DNA of 64,000 nucleotides. Origin: Chrysomallon squamiferum (taxonomy: Eukaryota; Animalia; Mollusca). The translations under genes and the position numbers were made by a program. Of this stretch, positions 43,171-55,040 are shown in pieces. The number at the start of each line of letters is the position of its first letter. Positions within the stretch are counted from its first letter, which is position 1. The notes under the pieces were generated by a model. The model was not told the origin of the DNA. It saw only the letters and a list, made by a program, of their open reading frames with translations, and did not search any database. The stretch spans positions 14,260,001 to 14,324,000 of the forward strand of contig CM022665.1 in assembly GCA_012295275.1 (NCBI GenBank), read 5' to 3'.

Positions 43171-44052
43171 CCATAAGATTACCACCCCCCTCCACCAAAG
43201 TCTATCGCCCAAAATGTCTGCTCTAAAATCTAGTAAGTTTAATCAAAATAATCGTTATCATCTCTCAGCTGTTTAGTCACCTGGTTAAGAGGCATATTGC
43301 TTCATCACTACTCACATGCTGAGTGACCCGGGCCGATGTGGTTAAGGCCTCACAGTCTGCAGGGGACTCCAAAAAAAATGAGTATAAATTGAAATTCAGT
43401 ATAAATATTTTCACTATAAGTCTTGAAGATTCACATTAGCTTAAAGCCTCACGATGTTTAAATACATGCCGTTTCTTTTTCTCATTTCTTAGTTGTTACT
43501 TTCTTATGGGAAAATGTATATAAAACCCTTGGTATTAACTGTTATTTTATGGAATTGGTGATTACAGGTTTTATTTTTCAAATTATCGCAATAAAATTCC
43601 CAATTTTTGGATAATCAAATTTAAATTTCTGAATCGAATATCATGCTGAGTTTGAGTCAAAATATCTGAGTAATTATTTTGTATTATTTATTTATTTTAA
43701 CTTTTAAAAATATTAAAATGAACAGATAGGTAATTCTAATTTAAATTTTTTTTTTTTTTTTTTTTAAATAAACTTAAATAAATTAAAACAACATTTTTTT
43801 AATTTACTCACATAATTATATACACCCAAATATATAAACAGACATATGCATACAAATTTAATTTATACACAGGCAGCATACAATATTCTACCCCACATCC
43901 ACACTCACATTAAAGAATATCATAATTTGCTATTTATTATTTATATTAACAAATATTATATCTATAAAACTAAATTTACGTATATCTAGGAAAACATAAA
44001 ATGGTTAAATGGTTAAAACATTCCCGGTGCATGTTGACGAGCGAAAGGAATT

Positions 44053-44135
44053 CACGTTGAACAACATGTGAATGTAAGATGCACATGAAAATATAAAACC
44101 AGCAGGTGACTTTGCCGGAAACAGTCTTCAGTACA
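44053..44135 (+). promoter_or_regulatory. CRY proximal promoter: E'-box/E-box-like tandem, TATA and Inr-like motifs
   Basis: CACGTT (44053), 6-nt spacer, CATGTG (44065); CACATG 44082; TATAAAA 44092; TCAGT 44128. All lie 110-190 nt upstream of the ATG. Confidence 0.55.
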
Positions 44136-44243
44136 TATAGCGTAAACACCAATACAAGAAATCAGTCGCAGAAGAACTTCTCGAAATCTGATAGCTCAGT
44201 TTGACTATTATCAGTATATAATACAGCCCACTCAATATTCACC

Positions 44244-44413
44244 ATGACTGCACCAAAGCAAAAACATTCTTTACACTGGTTTCGGAAGGGACTTCGTCTG
44301 CACGACAACCCGGCTCTTAGAGAAAGTATTCGCAATTCGACAACTTTCAGATGTATTTATATCCTGGATCCTTGGTTTGCCGGCTCATCTCAAGTTAGAT
44401 TTAATAAGTGGCG
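44244..44413 (+). CDS. cry2: CRY exon 1
   Basis: ACCATG start; [25 protein letters not shown]...[17 protein letters not shown]; GTAAG donor. Confidence 0.96.
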
Positions 44414-45049
44414 GTAAGAATTATATTTTGAGACCTTATTTGGTTAATAAACATATTTGAATATATTTTGTTTATTTATTTTGAAATTAGAATCTTTCTG
44501 AGTCAACTACGAATAAATCTTATTGGTTTTTTCTTTCCCTTTTTTTTTTTCTACTTATTATTTTTTTGTCAGCGATGAATAAATCATTGAAATCCCTGTT
44601 TTATTCCTGAATTATTATTACTTATTATGAAACTGCATATATATTAGTATTACTGGCTTATAAACATAGCGTTATTTTTAAAATCTACTTTGGTAAAATA
44701 CAGTGGTATCTCGAGTTACCTCTCTGTCCATGAAAAGATGGAGAAGCCCTAACCCTGTACACTTTACAAAACTAATCTATTTCTTTACATTCTCATTTAT
44801 TTAGTTTTTATAAAATATTTGTAATTTATCCATACATTTTCCATATTTAAAAACACCTTACAAAGAATTAAGGTGGTTTTGGGGAGTTGGAACGGATTAA
44901 TGGTATTTCAGTTAATTTCAGTTGGGAAAAATGATACACGAGCAATTTGAGTTACGAGCTCGGTCAATGAAGGAATTAAATTCGTAAGTCAAGGTACCAC
45001 TGCATTCTGAATCTACTATATTTGTTAGCTTTGTTAATAACAATATGAA

Positions 45050-45136
<87 letters not shown>

Positions 45137-46116
45137 AGAAAACAAACCAAAAATAATACTGAATAAATAAGATTCAACCCTACATCCCCCGTATCCCCAC
45201 AAAAAAAAGAAAGAAAAAAAAAACTATAAAAAAGAACAAGAAGAAAAAAAAAAAAAATAGAAGAAAAATAAAGAAGAAGAAGTTGGATAGCGAAGAAAAC
45301 TAAAAGAAAGAAAATAATAATAATAATAAAAATATGGTTTAATCCTTAACATTTCCTTCGACCGTACTGAGGAAAGACCTTTAAATGTAGATCGATGACA
45401 GTTCTATATTAAAACAACAAAAATAATAATTTAAATAAATCAATAAGTCAAATAAATAAATGAATCAGTCAGCAATAGAGGGATAAAGCTGCCGTGTGTG
45501 ATTTCTGCATTCTTACATAATATTAATAGTATGTGAACAAAGAATACCTCAAATCGTATTACACAATATCATATTCTTATAGAGATTCATTAACCTAATA
45601 GAAAACAACAACAACAACAATAACAACAACAACAATAAAAAACATGATTAAATTAAATTATGTTCTTATTGCAGATTTCTGCTTGAAAGTGTAGAAGATC
45701 TGGACTGCAGTCTCAGAAAGTTGGGATCTCGACTGTTTGTTGTACGAGGACAACCGGCTAATGTCTTGCCCAAACTTTTTCGGGTAATTTATTATACATA
45801 TATATATTTAACTGAGGCTCTATCCAGCACTGTATTTCATTTTGTTTGTACTGTATCATATTTAGCTGCGAGCTGGAATGACATAGGTCTGACACGTTAA
45901 ATAAATGAATACTTTTTTTTTTTTTTTAAATATAGAAATGGAACATAACGACCCTTACTTTTGAGCACGATTCGGAGCCGTACGGTATAGAACGAGACAC
46001 CGCTATCAAATCCCTTGCAAAGCAACACAACGTGGAGACCATCACTCAAACGTCGCATACTTTATACGATTTGCAAAAGTAAATAATTTATATTTTTCCC
46101 GCTGAATAAATAAATA

Positions 46117-46195
<79 letters not shown>

Positions 46196-46266
46196 GTAAT
46201 TAAACCAAATGTTACGTAATTCACATAAACATACGAAATGTACAATATGTAATTTCTAATCTATAA

Positions 46267-46308
<42 letters not shown>

Positions 46309-46511
46309 TTAGAATTAGAGATGCTAATGGCGGTAAACATCCTCTAACTTACAAGCGATTCCAATCTGTTTTGACTCGAATGTCGCTGCCAGTTCATGCA
46401 GAGGAAACAATTGATGCAGAATTTATTTGTTCTTCAGTGACTCCAATTTCAGACGACCATGACGAAATATACGGCATCCCAACTCTGAAGGAACTCGGTA
46501 AATTATAGATC

Positions 46512-46585
<74 letters not shown>

Positions 46586-47907
46586 TTTTCTTAATATGGC
46601 ATCTCAATTCTGAAGATCCTAATATGATATGACAATAAGTTTACATCTATCAGGATTTCCCGTCATTTTATGGCGCAGAAATACAATAGAACGGGAAAAA
46701 AAAAAAAAATACTAATAAAAAAAATTTGGGAATGACCACATGTTTTCACAATCAGCTATTTTTGGTCTTCCAGGTTTTGATGTTACGTATGTCGAAGAAT
46801 CTTGCTTTAAAGGAGGCGAAACTGAGGCTCTTTTCAGACTGCAGCGACATCTAGAGAGAAAGGTAAAATAAATTTAATAATACATTTTAATTTATTGTAT
46901 TTGTTTTTTTTTAAATGGGGGGGGGAATTCTTTATTTATACAGGCAAAAAAAAAAAAAAAGTCCCTAAACCCCATATGAATAAATAAACAAAAATTAATT
47001 TAAAAAAGAAATAAAGGTTTTTTTCTCGATCTACGAGTTGTTGTTTTTTTTATATAAGAATTTAAAGATTTATTTTTCAAATAACTAACAAACATTTCAT
47101 CGGTTTTGACGAAAACGAAAATTACAAAATTAGGTAAGTAATAATTTTAAATAAACAGTTTATTTAAATTTATTACTGCACAGTTCTATGGATGTATACA
47201 CACCATATTTTAGTTTGCATAATCTATTTTTGTCGTTTATTTATTTTGTAATTGCTATCAGTTATTTTTAAAGTTTGTGATTAAAATATTTGTAAGCGGC
47301 TAAGACTGGATTCAAACCAGACCCATATGAAATTTCTATCTTTCGCTGTCTTAATATTTTGAATTAAAAATTTCTGCTAACAGGAACTGAAACAATTGTT
47401 ATAATGTTTACGAATTTTACGCATTTTACCAATCGTTAATATATGCATTTTGTTTTTGTTTTTAAGGCTTGGGTAGCAAATTTTGAAAAGCCGAAGTTAA
47501 ATCCTCTGTCCTTGTTTCCAAGTCAGACTGGCTTGAGTCCATATTTACGATTTGGCTGTCTGTCTGCGAGACATTTCTACTGGAGTCTAAAAGATCTGTA
47601 CAAAGAAGTAATTCTTAATAAGTGTAAACGATTATCATAATTGCAGATAGATTTAGATGTGCGATAAAGGAACTACTGATTGTAGCTTTGCAGTGTTACA
47701 GCGATTTAAGTAGTATTCAGATACTGCACATATTTATTTTCTGTTAAAAAGGTTTCTTGGATGCTGAGATCAAACACATTGAATATTTGTTTCTAATACA
47801 TGTTCTATTTATGAAAACTCTAACTTACATATAATTTTTGTTTTCTGTAATAGTATTTTGATACTTTATTACTAACAAATATTGGTGAAATAAGAAATAA
47901 ACTAATG

Positions 47908-47946
<39 letters not shown>

Positions 47947-50900
47947 AATAAATAAATAAATAAATAAAATTATTTATTTTCTATTAGATCAAGAAGGACT
48001 CCGAACATCCTATAGCGCTTCACGGACAGCTTCTGTGGCGTGAATTTTTCTACATGGCTGCCACGGACAACCCAAAGTTTGACCAGATGTTAGGCAACCC
48101 CATCTGTGTTCAGATACCCTGGGACAGAAGTTCAGAGGCACTGGCCAAATGGGCTGAGGTGTGTACTCCTTTTACTATTATGATGTTATTTAATTATTAT
48201 ATTCATCATTATCACAGAGTTGTTGTGCTCCTTAAAAGATTGCAGAATTTTTAAATCTTAATTTTAAATATTTAAACTATAGTAAAAATTAATTGATCTG
48301 TATTCATGTTATACTAAAAAATACATTTATAAACAAAATAATTTAAAACTTGCAGGGTAAAACTGGATTTCCATGGATTGATGCTATCATGACTCAGCTG
48401 AAAAAAGAAGGCTGGATTCATCATCTTTGTCGTCATGCTGTGGCATGTTTCCTAACTCGAGGAGATCTTTGGTTATCATGGGAAGAAGGAATGAAGGTGA
48501 TTTAAATACAATGCTTTATAAATGCTGATTTGACTGCAAGCTAAAAATTGCTACAGCTTAAGACATCTTAAGTTTTCACTTTATTCATTATGTAACATCA
48601 GTTACATCAAATAGGACACTTTTAGTTTCTCACAGCTTTGGGCCTCAAGTCTCAAAACATGCTAACCTCTAAATTTTGCCATATTTTTTATTTTATTATT
48701 ATATAATTTTTTGTTCTTTATAATGACTCATTTCACCTTCAAAGGCGTATCTACTGCATTTTACTGAAATCCAAGAGACCAGCCCCTAAAATGATATCGG
48801 CTCTGTCCTTTGTAGATTAGAAAGTCAAATTGATTTCCTTTCCAAAAAGCTATAATTTAAAAGGTTTACTAGACATCTTGCCATTATCTAAAGCAATTTT
48901 GATACTGATTATTAAGGTAAGTAGTACAAACACACACCCATATTCATACACATACATCATATTGGCTGTGAATTTATGGTGATGAATAATGTATATACCC
49001 CAAAACATAAAAAATAAAATATAATTTTAAAAACTACACAATTGGCCTTGCGATTTTCTAAGATTACAACCTAGGAACTTCATTTCAATGCTATATTTCT
49101 CTTCATCGTATTCATTTTGCTAAGTTCGGTATTTTTTTTTTTTTATAGGTTTTTGATGAACTGTTACTGGACGCTGGCTGGAGTGTAAACGCAGGAATGT
49201 GGATGTGGCTGTCTGGCAGTTCTTTCTTCCAACAGTTCTTTCACTGTTATTGTCCTGTTGGTTTTGGTAAACAAGCAGATCCCACTGGAGACTATGTCAG
49301 GTATTATAAAGCGATATCTTTTGATAATTAATTACCTAACTCTAACTACTTAAAAACTTTCATTCACTAATATCTAAATTCTTATATATTTACGTTCTGT
49401 TTTTCGTATCAGAATTATACTACGTTAGTATCAAATATTTATTGTAATTAATAAATCAGTAATAATTATCTTTAGACACTATCTCCCGATACTCAAGAAT
49501 TTTCCAACAAAATACATCTATGAGCCATGGACGGCTCCTGAGTCTGTTCAAAAAGCTGCTAACTGCATTATTGGAAATGACTATCCTTGTCCTATGGTCA
49601 ACCACACAGAAGTGAGTCATGTCAACATGCAGAGAATGAAACAAGTCTATCACTATTTGACGATGAAAACTAAAAGTAAGTTTGTGTGGCTTTCTTTGGG
49701 GTGTTTATTTGTTATACACTTAACCGCTTATAATTTTTATATTATAATATAGAGCAAAACTAGCTAAATGTACAGTTGGTACTATTCAAACAAATAGCGT
49801 AAATACTTCGAAGAGACGTTTATTTGTTATATGCGACAATGTTTGATAATAATAAAGTATACCAATAATATAACAAGTCCGTTAAGATACCTCGGTGCTG
49901 TTTTATTTTCTCAAGTTTCATAACGTCATTTCATACATAGAAATAACTACAGAAAAATAGAAACTGTCAACCTCTGTGAATCTTTGTTTGCATTTGTTTT
50001 ACAAAATGTAAAAGTTTTTCTTTCTATAAATTGTTTAGTCTACATTTCATACTGAACAATAAATTACATTATTATTTTTTCATACTGTACATATAATTTA
50101 TCAATGTATTTTTTAAAAATAATTTTCTGTACAGAGTAATCATATATTAAAAAATTATTTTACAGTCCCTCTGCCTAAGAACTTTGGCGAGCCACTGACG
50201 AAAACGTTTAAACGTAAGCAACTATAATTTTTTTTAATAAATGTTATTATATCAAATATATTTAAGAATTAAAACTGAATAATCTTCTTTTCTACCTGTT
50301 TATCATGAATTTAATATATTATACAGCTAAAGTTAGATGTAAATCAAAAGTGAATAAATAAATACGTATCAAAAAGAATTCAGTGTGATCTGAAGAACAC
50401 CTGATTGCCGCTGAAATTTAATACATATATAATGAGCGTATTTGTTCACGAAAATATATCGAGGATCCTGTACGCTCATCAACATTTGAAAAAATAAAAA
50501 ATAAAAAAATAAAAACCTAAATAAATTTAAAACAAAAAGGGACACAAGAAATAGTACAGAGACTGGTTAGATATTTGGATGGAAGCTATCTAAAATTCAT
50601 TCTGATCTTAAGCTAAGAAGTGGATGTCTCACAAAATGTAAACTGGACAGACACTGAAAGAGATAGAGAAAAGATCGAATACACCTAGAAAAATTTCGAG
50701 AAAATGTCACCAGTGTATGTTACACAGAATGTCAGTTGATCTCAGTCACTATATATAACACAAAGTGAAACTGATTACACAGTGATTGTTTGGTAACCAG
50801 ATGATTGGGTATTACTAGAACGATGCAGTAAGTCATAAAATGATATAACAAGAATCATTATTATAACTGTAAGAAAGATGTTAATATTTAATGAACTGAC

Positions 50901-51037
50901 TGTAACGAACCTGTAAATAGATGAATGCATGGATAAATAGATAGACAAAGACATTATGATTATTATTGTTATAATTATTATTTGTAGTGCCTCTTCATGA
51001 CAGTGGAATGCTGAACAAGCCTATCGAGCTACTTTAA
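44244..51037 (+). CDS. cry2: Cryptochrome, mammalian-type/type II (vertebrate CRY1/2-like, invertebrate CRY2); 12 exons, 1599 nt, 532 aa
   Basis: Exons 44244-44413, 45675-45783, 45936-46078, 46313-46497, 46774-46862, 47467-47607, 47988-48158, 48356-48496, 49149-49300, 49476-49675, 50166-50213 and 50988-51037 join in frame through GT-AG introns. Motifs [58 protein letters not shown] and [29 protein letters not shown]. The last motif marks type II CRY rather than (6-4) photolyase or Drosophila-type CRY. The two tail exons are less certain. Confidence 0.96.
44701..45002. mobile_element. Tigger/pogo-type MITE in CRY intron 1, 302 bp
   Basis: TA|CAGTGGTATCTCGAGTTAC ... GTAAGTCAAGGTACCACTG imperfect TIRs; the right TSD reads CA. 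Confidence 0.75.
45055..45132. repeat. (AG)n microsatellite in CRY intron 1
   Basis: Direct reading. Confidence 0.95.
45675..45783 (+). CDS. cry2: CRY exon 2
   Basis: [36 protein letters not shown]. Confidence 0.96.
45936..46078 (+). CDS. cry2: CRY exon 3
   Basis: [24 protein letters not shown]...SHTLYDLQ. Confidence 0.96.
46123..46191. repeat. (CT)n microsatellite in CRY intron 3
   Basis: Direct reading. Confidence 0.95.
46313..46497 (+). CDS. cry2: CRY exon 4
   Basis: [17 protein letters not shown]...[19 protein letters not shown]. Confidence 0.96.
46774..46862 (+). CDS. cry2: CRY exon 5
   Basis: [29 protein letters not shown]. Confidence 0.96.
47467..47607 (+). CDS. cry2: CRY exon 6
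   Basis: [47 protein letters not shown]. Confidence 0.96.
47988..48158 (+). CDS. cry2: CRY exon 7
   Basis: [57 protein letters not shown]. Confidence 0.96.
48356..48496 (+). CDS. cry2: CRY exon 8
   Basis: [47 protein letters not shown]. Confidence 0.97.
49149..49300 (+). CDS. cry2: CRY exon 9
   Basis: [51 protein letters not shown]. Confidence 0.97.
49476..49675 (+). CDS. cry2: CRY exon 10 (includes coiled-coil helix)
   Basis: [43 protein letters not shown]...RMKQVY; GTAAGT donor. Confidence 0.96.
50166..50213 (+). CDS. cry2: CRY exon 11 (C-terminal tail)
   Basis: TTTTACAG acceptor and GTAAGC donor, phase 1-1, [15 protein letters not shown]. Supported by splice signals and composition, not homology. 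Confidence 0.75.
50988..51037 (+). CDS. cry2: CRY terminal exon 12 (C-terminal tail)
   Basis: TTTGTAG acceptor, phase compatible, [15 protein letters not shown] then TAA. AATAAA at 51497. Confidence 0.65.
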
Positions 51038-53337
51038 GCCGGATTTGAGAAGAAAAAAACTACAAGATACAGAAAAAACAACAAGATAAAAAACAAAAGA
51101 ACAAATATGCTTTCAAGAGGAAGAGTATAAACTTTGAGTAACCAAATATTTTGGTGAAGGGACTTTTTTTTTTTTTTTTTTGTCCAAACGTTGTTGCAAG
51201 ACAACAGCATTTGCTGTTACATTTTTGCTGCAGAACAAACTTTTTGTCGTTGGTCGTTTTTGACTTCGTTCTGGTATCAGGCTTGTATTTAATTACTGCT
51301 ATGTTTTGTATATAAAATGATAAACATGATTTTAGAGTATGGTCTGAGATTTCCTAAAAGTGTTTTTTTTGTTGTTTCCCCCCCCCCCCAGTTATCTGTA
51401 ATAATTTCTTTTAATATGGTGTTTTATTACGGACTATTTAGTGTTCTCATGTTTAAAAATAAAAGAAAATAATTTTATGTACAATTATAGTATCTGAATA
51501 AAAATATTTATGTAAATATTTCACCATCTGTCAACATATTTGCTTCATAATGCGTTTATAAAAAGACGAAAAATAAGTTAGTCCATAAATGTAAAATTAG
51601 TCACACGCACACACGGATACACACATATTTTTGGCAAAAGTATTTTCTCAAATTTAATCATTTTAAAATTTGAATTAAATATCGTACAATCCAGTCTTCT
51701 TCCAAAACTGATTGTACTTCGCAACAATTTCATTTGACAAAGCTTTCAGTCTTTTCTTCCTGCAAAGGCTTTCGCTTGAATATTTAGGTTTTTTTCCCAG
51801 TATTTTCATGTAAACAATCCAGTTTAAACTGAATCTTCCTGACGCAGATGTTTGAGACGCACACACAGAAATATCGGTTGTACGCTTTGTTTTCTTTCTG
51901 ACAGTCTGTTATTCCCTAAAAATATATGTTACTGAATTATGAATTTTTAGTATAAATATTATACTATGTGAATGATATATAATCTGATTTCATGTATCAT
52001 TGGTAATATAATGACGAGGTAAATATTATAATGTTTAAATATTTGTTTTTACTGCTATTTATATACCTAATTATGTATAAATTACTCGTGCTAGTATGTA
52101 TAATATTATACATACATATTTATGTCCAGATGTTATTTTTCTGATGAGCTACAGTGTTATTGAAATACAGTATGAATTTGACTGATGTCTAATAACTGTA
52201 CAAATGTTGTTGTTGCTTTTTAAACTAATAAAATATATTTGTTATCAATCATATTCTTCTTATTTTTCGTTTACAGTAACATTTTAAAAAATATACACAT
52301 TCTAATAAAATTGATTTAAGATATATATGAAAATGGTTTAGAAAAAATAAAATGTTAAAATTTAAAAAGGTGTACATATATATCTCCCATTAATTCAGAG
52401 ATGCAAATGGGTACCCCAAACAGTAATAATAATAATGAATAGCTACATTGACTGTATGTAATACGGACATTAGAAGGTACTGAGCCTCTCTCGATAATGT
52501 TAATAAAAGAAGTAAATCCTGGCTATTATTATTACGATTCAAAAGTAAAAACCGATAAGTGGATTAAATGCTAGAAATGTAATTGATTTTATTTCTAAAA
52601 TTTAAATAATAATAATAATAAATAAATAAATAAATATCCCCAAAAGAAACCCGCCAATTGGAACAAATTGTGTTGTTATAGGCTTATGTAATCCATAGAA
52701 ACTTGAGGATCCCTTGATGAAATCATTTGTCATAAAATGCAAAACACACCTAATTTAAACTTCAATATCGGTCATATTTCGTTGTTTCCAGGAACTAATC
52801 TTCTGATTCCGGACATTTCATTTTAGAGACGTTAAAGACGGTTTTGATTCAGAATTCGAATGCAACGTCAATTTAACCGGATTTAAACTAAATTGGCTAC
52901 ATTAAAGCAGCCTTCTGTGTAGAAAAAAACAACAACAACTTTACTCCTCAATTTTACCATAGACAGGAATGCACATATTATAACTTTTTAAATCAGTTGA
53001 AGCACCAAATGGTATCGAACCAATATCGACAACATAAAAAATGAAATGCACGAAAAAACTGAATTTTGTTTTATATTTTTTATAATCTGTTGATAGATTA
53101 TCATAAAGTTCGGCATAACAAGTGCTGAGATGTCGTCTGATCGTAGTCAGCTAGTTCTGAGGTCACCGAATTTTTTTTCTACCTGTATCCGTTAGAAGAA
53201 AAATATTTAGCTGATGTGAACCCATTTCCAGATATCATGGTTGAGCAACTTGAGAATGGTCAGTTAATATGTGAGAAAAATGTGCACAGCGGTTAAATTG
53301 GATAAAATAAAATGCTATATAATAATTTTTGAAAAAA

Positions 53338-53386
<49 letters not shown>

Positions 53387-54521
53387 TGACTATCATTCGT
53401 TAAGTGGCCTTCTGTATAAACATTTTTTTTTTTTACGTTTTGCATCCGCGAGTTTGAAAAATTCTGATGCAATAGAAAACTATATACATGTATGTGGATA
53501 ACCTATAATTTGTGTGAAAGAATTATCTTCTAACAGCAGTATGTATGTATTTGTGCGTATACACACACGCACACACACACGTTAATAATAAAATTAATAA
53601 AAACAAATAAAATTTAAAAAATATATAAGTAAAAGAATGAATGAACGATGATTCAAAAAAAAAAAAAAAAAAAAAAATTAATAATAATAATATTAAGAGT
53701 AGTGAGAAACACATAAAAATATCTTTTTGATAGATAATTATTATATACAACAAAAACAAATTGATTTCCCAAGACATACCACACCTTTCATAACAAATCA
53801 AATAAATATATATGAATGTGTAATAACCTAGCCATGCAGTGCTTATTAAAGATCGAAAAAAGTAATTTCGTTGCCATAATCAAAGATAGTATACGACATC
53901 GATGCATTTCTACTGTTTTCTAACGTTATGTTCTGATGTGAATGACATTTAAAACAATTTTCCATAAAATTTAATAAATAATATCGCGCCATCATTAGCC
54001 AGATTAAGAAAAAACTAATTTTGTTAGAAAAAAAAAATGATTTCTTCAAGAAAAATAAAATAAAATAAAAATAATAATAAAAATAAATAAATAAATAAAT
54101 AAACCTTAGAAGAAAAGAAACCGATAAAACATTCTTGGTCGATTTTTGTTTGTTTCTTTCTTTGTTTCTGTTTTATTTATTTATTTACTACTTTTTTGTA
54201 TCTTTCTATCAGACTTATTACATACTAAAGTATTTAACAATCGCCGCATATTTTTGATTTCAAAGCGTTTTATAGTAAGAATAAGACCTCTGGTTTTCTG
54301 TAACGCATTTAACTATTACATAGGTCATTTTACAAAATATACAAATCAGAGACGATTAGAAGAAAAAAAAAAAAAAAAAAAAAAGAGAGATTAAAAAAGA
54401 AAGATTAAATAAACTGCACTTGTATCTTACAAAATAACGTTTTAAACTATAATAAATGATCGGCTGAGTAGCCACTTTTTAAGTTTTCAACAGAATTTTC
54501 CTAAATAAAAAAAAAAAAAAA

Positions 54522-54558
<37 letters not shown>

Positions 54559-54907
54559 GAACGAAAAGAAATTTTTCTTTAATCAGTTAATAGCAAAACT
54601 GCGTAAATGATAATAGATGTAGTAACGAAAACACAATTTAAGAAAATAGGTTAAAGAATCGAAATATGATCGAGCAAAATTTTGAAAAGTAGGTTCACTT
54701 TTGAAATCTTTGCTGTTCACAGGTTTTAACAACGTTATTACTCCAGCTTGTAACCAAGTTTACAGCAGATGCGTGACGTCAAACGAAAAGTATCTTCGTA
54801 ACATTTGGCCGCTCCTAATCCAGACATTTACCGTTCTTTCTAAGCAGACGACAGTCAAATTAAAAATAAAACATGATTATCTTACAGCACTGTCAAAATA
54901 ACACACA

Positions 54908-55040
54908 TCTAGAAAGGACTACGTCTGCACAACAAACCGTCTCCAAGAGGAGGCTTTCGAGGATCATCAACATTCTGACGTATTTACATGCTGGATCCAG
55001 GTTTTGCTGGCTCTTCTCCAATAAGACTTAATAAATGGAT
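54908..55040 (+). pseudogene. Degenerate cryptochrome exon-1 copy
   Basis: From 54916 it reads GLRLHNKPSPRGGFRGSSTF*RIYMLDPGFAGSSPIRLNKW, colinear with CRY exon 1 (31 differences in 123 nt by hand count). In-frame TGA at 54976-54978 and a 1-nt deletion just upstream. Confidence 0.92.

Noticed and set aside
44244-51037. Alternative call as (6-4) photolyase or light-sensing Drosophila-type CRY
   Set aside because: [21 protein letters not shown] and LDPWFAGSS are type II cryptochrome signatures.
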